From Basidioascus undulatus (Eukaryota), in contig JTLS01000360.1 in NCBI GenBank assembly GCA_000826855.1, forward strand, positions 1 through 43,941: 43,941 bases of DNA, in the 5' to 3' direction. The notes below the pieces were generated by a model that had not been told where the DNA came from, searched no databases, and worked only from the letters and a program-made list of their open reading frames with translations. Positions 35,623 through 43,941 of this stretch are shown here, piece after piece. How positions within the stretch are numbered: the first letter of the stretch is position 1; each line of letters starts with the position of its first letter. The translations under genes and the position numbers were made by a program.

Positions 35623-36837
35623 CTAACCCCCACCATCCCGCTCATGCCACTCCTCTCCCCTCGGCTCCACGCCCGCAGCGATGCACGCCGAATGCAGCTG
35701 CCTGAGTGCCGCCCATTCCGGCTCGGTATCGTCGTATCTCTGGTAAATCTCGAGCGAATTGAGAGTGTGCCCCCAGCTGGAGCACAAGCATAACTTTTCC
35801 CAGTCGGAGGCGAAGTGGAAAAGTCCATCTTGAGTGAGAGAGTCAACCCAGGCGGAAAGCGAAGTTGATGCAGAGGACTGGCCACGTTCGCCCCCCATTC
35901 ATCGATTAGAACGGTCAAAGCCGTGGGAAGCGTACAAAGCGAGCCGAGCTCATGCAGTGCGATCGCGCCCAGGTTGTCGACTGCAACATTCAGACGAAGA
36001 GAAGCGAGAGTGTTTCGGGAGTTTTGTAAGCCCGCATGAAGGACCGCGCCGTCGATGAAAAGGACGTTGTAAGTGGTACCAATCTCGAGACGCTTGAGAG
36101 CGTGCGGGACCAGAAGAACTTGGTAATGAGAAAGGCTTCCTGGGGGTCACAGGGTCAGAGAATCAAGTCCTTGACGGTTGAGTCCAGCTAACCCTTCCGT
36201 TCAGCGTCGCTGAATCCAAATTCGACACCGTCCAGTGACAGCTTTCGGAGCCTAGGAAGTGCAAAGCATGGCAAAGTCTGCTAAATGGTGAACCACCACG
36301 AGTCACCATCCCAGCCCAGGGCAAGTTTCTTCAAAGACAGGAGACTCTTGGGAAGGTGTTGGGCGGATTCGAAGCGAATGCAACGTGAAATGAATCCGCA
36401 TGATACGAAGGCCTGGTAGTGAGTGAATCCTTGAAGGTTCGGGAGGAGACCGAGGAGCGCAACGACTTCAGATGATGAATTCTTCCCTTCGACTGCATAG
36501 GCTGAACCCCCCCTCCACGAGCTCGACGCCCTCCGGAATTGTGTTGAAGTGGGGCTCGCCCCCGTCGATCGGCTCAGACCAGTCCATTTCAAGGCGCCGA
36601 ACGTGGACAGAAAGCCTGGGCGAAGGTGGAGAGCGCAAAGCAGGCGAGAGAGTCGGCCCTCCTTCCCCACCGAGATGTCTCGGTAAAGGTACGCGTCTGC
36701 GATGATGGGCAGGCGACGCGAAACCAGGGTGAACCTGATGAGGTCGCTCGACTCGCGCTCGTGAGGTCCGCAATCTCGGGAAGATGAGAGGTGATCTTGG
36801 CCAAAAGCTCGTTCGGAAGATTGTAGAGGACTGCCAT
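35623..36837 (-). pseudogene. F-box/LRR-like gene with several frameshifts
   Basis: MAVLYNLPNELLAKITSHL (F-box start) continues only in another frame as DLIRFTLVSRRLPIIADAYLYRDI, then VRRLEMDW and LLGLLPNLQ..LKKLAL in shifting frames with stops. Confidence 0.75.
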
Positions 36838-37058
36838 GCTGAAGGAAGCGAAAAGCGGCTGCTGTTATGAGTGTTCTAAATTACGGAGACACACAGATGA
36901 TGACGGTAAGAGGAAAGGAGGCGGCAGGAGTCACCAACGCCGACGCGATTCAAAGCGTGCACACCAAAATTTCACCCAACAGACAAAGAATCGCAACATC
37001 CAAGATATTTAACACTCTATTTCCAGAGTACATTTTGGTTCACGGCTTGCACAGTCTC

Positions 37059-37776
37059 TCAGACTGTCAAATCCCCAGCCGTTAGCCAAACTCGGGGAAC
37101 CGACATGCAACGTCAAGCTCTTACTGAAAAGAATGTCCCAGTGGTTCCTGCGCATCGAGGCACAATCAGTCTTCGAAAAGATCAAGGGCCGCAGCTGCGT
37201 TGAAACTCACCCCTCCTTAGCATAGACGTTCCCGCTCGCAGCGCGGTACTGCGCAGCCCCGTCGCTGCGCTGACCGATATAGGTGAACGAGTTCTGGATG
37301 TAGCTGTTGATACAGCTGTTCAGGGAGATGTCCAACCTTCAAAACGAAACACAGGTCAGCTGCTGTTCTACTCAAACATTGCAAACTCCGGGGAAAAACT
37401 GACTTGTACCCAGTGCTGTGGCTCTTCGCGCCGCTGGCGTGGCCAGTCTCGGTACCGCCCGTGATGGTGATGGAGCAACCGGACGACTTCTTTAGAGTGA
37501 TGATGTCGTCGATGGTCCCCGACAAGACACCCTGCAGAGAAGTGCACGTCGGACGCGTGCGGTCGGTGCAGCCGCCTGAGGAAGAGATCAAGATGCCGGC
37601 CGCGCGAACGCGAGATTCAGCCTGCGCCTGGGTGAGCGGCGTGCCGCCCCGCTGGGCGAGAGGGCCCGCAACAGCAGCACCGGCAGCGGCGAGAACGACG
37701 AGAATGGAGGAGAGCTAAGCGGACTGTCAGTGACGAAGAAGCTGATACAGGTTTCTAGCCGCTCGCTCACCTGCAT
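37059..37776 (-). CDS. Secreted peptidase-M15/LAS-like zinc protein, putative peptidoglycan peptidase (156 aa, 5 exons)
   Basis: Exons 37776-37771, 37714-37404, 37336-37211, 37147-37125 and 37063-37059 total 471 nt, all GT-AG and in phase. Signal peptide MQLSSILVVLAAAGAAVA; ITITGGTETGH; SHSTGYKLD (H-x6-D); KEGNHWD (E-x-x-H); four Cys. Confidence 0.85.
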
Positions 37777-39571
37777 GATGCTTGAAAATGGAGGGGAGGG
37801 GAGTTCGGAATAGACTTTGCAATTGGGAAGATGCTGGCAACAGTTGAAGGTGGCAGGAGTGCCTGTGCATTTATAGGCCACACTGGAGGGTGCCAAGGCT
37901 GCAGCCGGCTGCCTCAGTGCACGTGTGCACAGAAAAGACTATCCGATGCAACGTGCTCACGAGGCGGGCGGCGAAGGAAGGGCACGCGGAGTAGTGATCA
38001 CCGCTCTTTCCAAGAACCCCCGACGTGTTTGTCGTATGCTGCCCATGCGACGCCGTATGCACCGCCTCGGGGATGTCGAGTGTCGACCGGCGCTAGCTGA
38101 TACGCTCGCTGAAGAGAGCCCAACTTTATATCTGGGCCATTCATGTGAGTTCCAAGTCTTTACTCCGATAAGGCCAGCTATGTAGGAAATCAGTCAGGAC
38201 ATGATCGAGTGGTCCGGTGTGCTTGGAAAGCATACGTAGAATCTTTGGGCAATGTCCACACTCCTTTTATCCCGGTAAGGAGATTTAGCTACCGCCAATT
38301 TAAGTATTACGCAGGGGTACTGACCCAATTATCAATGCGCATCTATCCTCGGCCGCGAGACGCATGGCCAATGGCAGCAAAGAAACGGGAGCCGCACAGG
38401 CCGTTTCTGAAACCCAGGCTGCGAGATGCGCTGACGGGGTTTTGGGAACTGACGGAAGTCGGCGGAAGAAATTTAACGATCTATAGGCTTGATCCAGATG
38501 CAGCACTCCAATCGTGCAAAGCGAGATCGGTGAGGTAAGAACTTGTTTGAGCGGATTTACCCGACGACTCGCGGACCCGGCCGTTGATCGTCGAGCTCTC
38601 TGCTAAAAGCGTGGAGGTGGTCATGGAGGCGTAGTATGGTATCATTCTCTCCTTGATGTACTTCTGAATTACCCTACCCATGTATCAGTGTGGTGCCTGT
38701 TGCATGAACCCCTTTTTGTTCGTCGTGCAAGGAGTTGCCATGCATCTTCTCACTGCCAGGGTTGAGTAGTGCCCGACAAGTGTGCTTAGTGATAAATAAC
38801 CTTATAAACCATACTCAAATGTTCTTAAAGGGTATAGCAAATCCACTTCATTTCTGTGGCGCTGATGAAAAACCGCGAGTCAAGTGGCAAATTAGCACTC
38901 CGCCGGAGGAAATGCACCAAGACCTCTATCGCCTTTCCTGGACTAGTTCAAGAATTCAAGTCGAAACATTGTATTCATTCAGGTGAGCCACATTGGACTT
39001 TTGACCGACCAGATAGAGCGCAGCGCAGACTGTACTGATCAGCAAACAGCCCATAGCGAGATACTACATAAGTAGCAGCGCTGCGCAGCAGTGGGTGACC
39101 GTCGGCTACTTGGGCTAGTTAGCACTATAAAGCAGAAAGTGTAGACAGAGAGCGTTCACTCCCCATCATTCAGGTAGAAAAAAAGCGGGTCGTCTTCCAT
39201 GAAGAACGCCTGAAAGCCCCTGCCACGCTGCAAACCGCAAGACGTCGCCAAGCTCAGCGGCATTTAACTTGGAATGCCCGCCTCACCTCTGGAAGCATTC
39301 GCAACATCATTCCATGAATGCCAGGCTGGTGAATCCCAAATTGGAGAGTCACCCCAGCGGCACCTTGCTGAATTGAAAAGTCAACATGAAGAGCATGAAG
39401 AGCAGCGAATTTTATATACCGTGCGCTATTACGACTAGGTACTAGCCAAGCGCCAAGCCCAGCCTGTCGCAAGTCGCAAGTCAACAAGCGCAGCGCGCCC
39501 TTACCCGTCCGCTCACCTTAAACACACCGCCACCACCCTTCACCCGACGCTTCCATCCCCTCGCCACCCAG

Positions 39572-40410
39572 ATGTCCTCCAAGGATGTGCGTAAACCTCT
39601 GGAGCTCAGGGGGATCTTGTGGCGGGGCGATCACGCCGACTGACAACACCGATCCCGGCGTGGACAGTACTACAACGCCGGCGCGCCCCAACAGCAGCAG
39701 TACGGCGGCGGCTCGCCCGCGTACCCGCCCAATTCATACGGCGCGCCCCCGAACGGGCAGTGGGGTGGCTCGCCTTACGGCGGTCCTCCCGGCCCCCAGC
39801 AGGGCGGGTACTACCCGCCTCAAGGGCCGCCGCAAGGTGCTTACCGCGTGGCATCTCGGCTTGGAGATCTGGGATCGGAGGGCTTATGTGACGAGGGGCG
39901 GATAGGGTACGGCGGGTACCAGCAGCAGCAGCCTGGTGTAAGTCTTATGTAGTCTGTGGGGAGCGAGCGGAGGAGGTGCTGATGTGCGATCCGGCGGGAA
40001 CAGTACCAGCAGCAGCCGGTGTATGTCTCGATCGGGGGTGGGGGGATTGTTGGAGAGAGGGAGATTTGTGAAGCTGATGTGGAGAAATTTGGGGCCGACC
40101 AGCTACGTCCAACAGCCGCAGAAGGACTCTGGCGGTGGCGGGTGCGGTACGGTGCTCATGGGGTGGTAAGTCCTTTTTGCGGCTTTCGAGAGGCTATCAT
40201 ACGCAGCGCTGACATCTGATTTGGAACGTGATGTAGCTGCGCGGGTCGTACGTCGCACAGCCCTTCTCCACATCGTCGGCAATCTACGAAGCTGACGTTC
40301 CGTGTGGCAATCCACAGTCGCCGCGTGCTGCTGTCTCGACGCTATCTTCGTACGATCCCCTCCCTTTCTGATGCCCAAAACCACGCTGAAACTCTGCACA
40401 ATCACAGTAA
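39572..40410 (+). CDS. CYSTM-family (cysteine-rich tail-anchored) small protein, 8 exons
   Basis: MSSKD|YYNAGAPQQQQYGGGSPAYPP...PQ|GYGGYQQQQPG|YQQQPV|YVQQPQKDSGGGGCGTVLMG|CCAG|LAACCCLDAIF|* is a P/Q/G/Y-rich N-terminus plus a CCCLD tail. Confidence 0.9.
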
Positions 40411-42499
40411 ACGACGCACGACTCACTATCATATGCCGCTCGTTATACCCCCGCTCGCCTGCTCGTCCTATGACCCTGTTGCTTGCCTCGTGCACTATCA
40501 TGTTTTGGACATCCTGTGCCTGTCTTGGTTCTTGAACTGTAAACGCTGAATACTACTCTGTTGATAATTTTGCTGCTGACTTGAGGGTTCACTCCGAGCG
40601 TTGAGTTGGCCGTCCAGAGGCTGTAGAGTGACATTGGTTGCACACTCGGAGCAAAGAGGCGAACGTTCGGGTTAGAGTCTACGATCGGCACATGATCGGC
40701 ACATGTAGTCGTGATTTAGTTATCCACGAAAATACACCAGAACGTGAAGGTGTACTAAAGGCCCTTTGCGGCTGTACAACTGCAGACTTATTTTGCCTGA
40801 CGTCTGATACATTCGCTCTTTAACCAGCATGATTGGCACGTGCGAGCTGCCCAAACCGCATGAAACGAAAAGAAGATAAACCTTGAAATATATTGAACAG
40901 GGTAAACCAAACCAACAGGCAGAGGCGTCAGCAGCACGTTTCAGGATTGGGTCATGCCAGCGCCCCTCGGTGTGATGGGACAGGCTTGTATATGACTGTC
41001 AGGTCTCCAAGTGTCCCTTAGTTATAGCATATGCCTCTCGAATGTGCGAGGTTCTAGTGCGAGGTTCTCTGAGAAAGTCGCAGTCGGTATCTTTGAAGAT
41101 CCGACAACGCGCAAGTCACGGCCGAGGACCTCGCTGACCTGCTCAGCCTTGGTAGACGCTGAGCGGCGCGCAGGAGTACGACAGAACCCGGTCAATGCAC
41201 CCGTTACCTTTTGGGCAGGGGAATCGGAAGAAGCAAAAAAAAATTGGTTGGGAATGAGATCTTTCCCATGAGAGGAACCACGGAAATATAGGAAGGTGCG
41301 TTGAATTTCGTGCGGTGGGAATGTCTACATTATTCGCGATCGCCACAAGCAAGCTGTGACCGGCCATGTAGCATGATGGCAAGTAGAGGCTGTACGATAT
41401 AACAAAAAATCGTAATCTTCCGAACAATGAGATCGAGTTTTCCGAACAAGAGATCGTGTCTTCCAATATGGAGTCCACCAGCGGGACCAAAAGTACAGAG
41501 TCCCGGCAAGGTTATTGAGGCTGCGAAGACTGCGTCGACGGTGAAACTGTACGGGGAAGGGAGGGGCGACGAAGGGAAGAGAAGCGGCAGTGAGGAATTG
41601 GGTGATAGGATGCTGGGAGGCTCTTCCTTCACCGGTCACCGTGAGATAAGGCGCTCGAAGGTTGGTGGCGGGGGCGGATGCACTGAGACGGCATGCGAGG
41701 AGGGAGCATGCGTTCCGCTCCCATCAGCCAATGATACGGGAGCAGGATAGGAAACTGCATCCGAACATGGCGCAGATTATTTGGAAGAGGAAGTCTCTCT
41801 AGACGGCCAGCAAACGAATGCTGGAGACCTGTACGGTTCGTGACTATCGTCGTAGATTCCTGCGAACGTCGAGGGTAGGAACAAGCATACAAACGTCTCC
41901 GTTATGGAAGACACCACACGTATTATTTTCATTAACATAAATATCTCCAAATTTTCCCGTACAAAGTCCCCCAGTTTCACCGAAGCCCGCTTCGTCTCCA
42001 GGTTGTCTAAGTAGTCCTCCACCTCGATACTCCTGCAGGAAACTCGGGGTAAAGCAAAGTGACGCTCTCATGGTTTACATACTTGGGTACTCTCTTTCTG
42101 TACTCTTTAATCCACCCACAAAGGCATTCTTTAGTGGGATCTTGGTAGCCGCAACAGCTTGCAGCCCCCGGCTCGTGCGCCCGCTCCCGGTAGGCCCCTG
42201 ATCACGAACCCGTGAAGCCGACTGAAGATACCTCAAAGTCGGCCTGCATTCAAAAGTTCCGGCATGATCTTATTCAAGAGTCATAGTTTCCCGGATGGAT
42301 GTAGGTGGAGTCCAGAGGCAGTTGTCAAGGAGGCTAGAAAGGAGCGTGATGGAACACCCGCCGGGTGGGTGCGAACGCCGCGAGCCTCGTGCTCGCGCTC
42401 GTCGACAGCTTGTCTTGCCCTCATCCAGCATCGGTCGACGATTCATTTCCCCCTTACCACTTTGAATGACCTACGCCATTCCATCTGCGGTCTCCACAC

Positions 42500-43610
42500 T
42501 ATGGCTTCCCATTACACATTCGCTCTTCTCGACTCTTGTCTTCCCGGAAAAGCCCTTCTCGGAGCCGATTACCTTCGAGCGGCTGCTACCCCTTGCGACC
42601 AAGTCGCCAAAGGCGTCCACCGTGTTCCCCATCACTCCACCGCGTGAGCATTACTTGGACGTTACTGGGGCAGCGGTGGGGCTGACCCTTCCGCCACTGT
42701 ACGCTTGACAGTGAAACCCCGGACGGACTGGGAGCCGGAGGGCAAGGCGGGCAGCGGCAAGTATTCTCGCCGCTAGGCACCAGGCTTTAAGACGACTCCC
42801 TCCGAACGTACTCCGAAAGCGCATACTGGTAGAGAGCGTGTCGGACTGAAGCGGCGGAGGACTTCTTGCGGCAGGACACTTGGCCACACGCTGGCGGGCA
42901 GTCTGGCCACCTCTGCCGTTTCCTTCAAACTCTCTGAACCTAGAAATTTCTGCTCGGTTCACATCAAGATCTTCAACCCTCTCGTACTCAGGCAAATGCA
43001 TCGGCCGCCCTTCCCCAGCTTTTCGATGCGCCCTCGGGTGATGCGGCATTTGCTCTCCCATCCTCCACCGGCTCCCCCCCCTTTCCCTCTTCCCCTACCC
43101 CTCCGAGCTTCCGAACAAGCCCAGCACAGTCAATCACACCTCATACTGCTCGAGTCTACCTTTTCATTACCGCCATCCTCGCCCCAGCCGACGCCTCGCC
43201 TTCCTCGCGGTCCGCGCACGACTCCGCCCTCTTGCCACCATCGAGCATCGGTCCCAACCATCAGCCTATTACGATCTCGAACGACCCCGCCAGTATTCAA
43301 TACCGGAATATTTAAAGGTGATTACCTTCGCTCCCGTCAAGGCTGTCCTGCTTAAAGATCCCTGGGAGCGGGTTACCTTCGCGAGCCTGCGAGAGAGGGT
43401 GCAACGCCTTGAGACCTGGCAAACGGTGTCCAACGTCACCCCCATCGATCCCCCCAACCTCGCTCCCAACCCGCGTGCGCATCATCCGAGCCGTGAAGGG
43501 ACAGAGAGCGTTGAGACTGACTTTCGGCCATTGCGCACAGTGAAACGCCGGGCGGATTGGGAGGCGGAGCGCGAGGGGCTCAGCGACAGGCGTTCCAGCC
43601 GCTAAAATTT
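42500..43610 (+). repeat. Diverged tandem duplication, two copies ~0.8 kb apart
   Basis: 42708-42747 and 43537-43576 share 34 of 40 nt. GGAGCCGATTACCTTCG (42561) matches GGAGCGGGTTACCTTCG (43365) at a similar offset. Confidence 0.7.
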
Positions 43611-43941
43611 CGTAAGACGACCGTCTTCGAACGAACGCCTGAGGTCCACACTGACGGGTAGATGGGCTCACATTTTCTGTGATTCGAAGGGAGGGCCTGG
43701 CGGCGCAGCGGCCTTTCGGGTTTGCCGGGTCGACAGTCGGGGGAGACGATCGGCACATGTTGGCGGGGTTCATCGTACACCAAACTGTACCAAATTCTTT
43801 GGGCAACTTATTTGAAGATTAATCAGTAATTTGCGCAGAAAGCCCTGTTGGGAATGAAAGTGCGGCGTGGTCGGGCACAGCCGAATGCAAGTTGACGGCC
43901 GAGCCAACCAATCATCACCGATGTCTTCGTGGACTCCCTTC

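Noticed and set aside
38481..38681. KYIKERMIPYY, faintly like pogo/DDE transposase segments
   Set aside because: Too short, with no catalytic motifs or TIRs.
41143..42071. Several short - strand ORFs suggesting a decayed gene
   Set aside because: No consistent spliced frame or family could be assigned.
1..43941. CRISPR arrays, rRNA, intact transposase/RT genes or a biosynthetic gene cluster
   Set aside because: None seen: no regularly spaced repeats and no RT, integrase, PKS or NRPS motifs; neighbouring genes have unrelated functions.

Overview
Eukaryotic DNA from an intron-rich, GC-rich basidiomycete-type fungus. This is inferred from short GT-AG introns with GTGCGT/GTACGT/GTGAGT donors and CTGAC/CTAAC branch sites, so most six-frame ORFs are exon pieces or antisense shadows. 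The left half (1-23.5 kb) holds mostly conserved genes: a PNUTS/Ppn1-like PP1 regulator, an HMG-box protein, a MYND-finger remnant, a PLPBP/YggS 3' end beside an assembly gap, a mitochondrial PDK/BCKDK-family kinase, an anoctamin (TMEM16/Ist2), a small secreted PAN/Apple-like protein and a DUF3632-like protein. The right half is gene-poor and decayed: an alpha/beta-hydrolase pseudogene joined tail-to-tail to a truncated mannose-6-phosphate isomerase, a Myb/SANT-like exon, tRNA-Ser(GCT), a TATGA/TCATA repeat array, a bHLH factor, an F-box pseudogene, a micro-exon CYSTM gene and a diverged tandem duplication. The most notable feature is an intact 5-exon gene (37059-37776, -) for a secreted 156-aa protein with the H-x6-D and E-x-x-H zinc motifs of bacterial peptidase-M15/LAS cell-wall peptidases, a candidate antibacterial enzyme of bacterial origin. 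All gene models were spliced by eye and no database searches were run.
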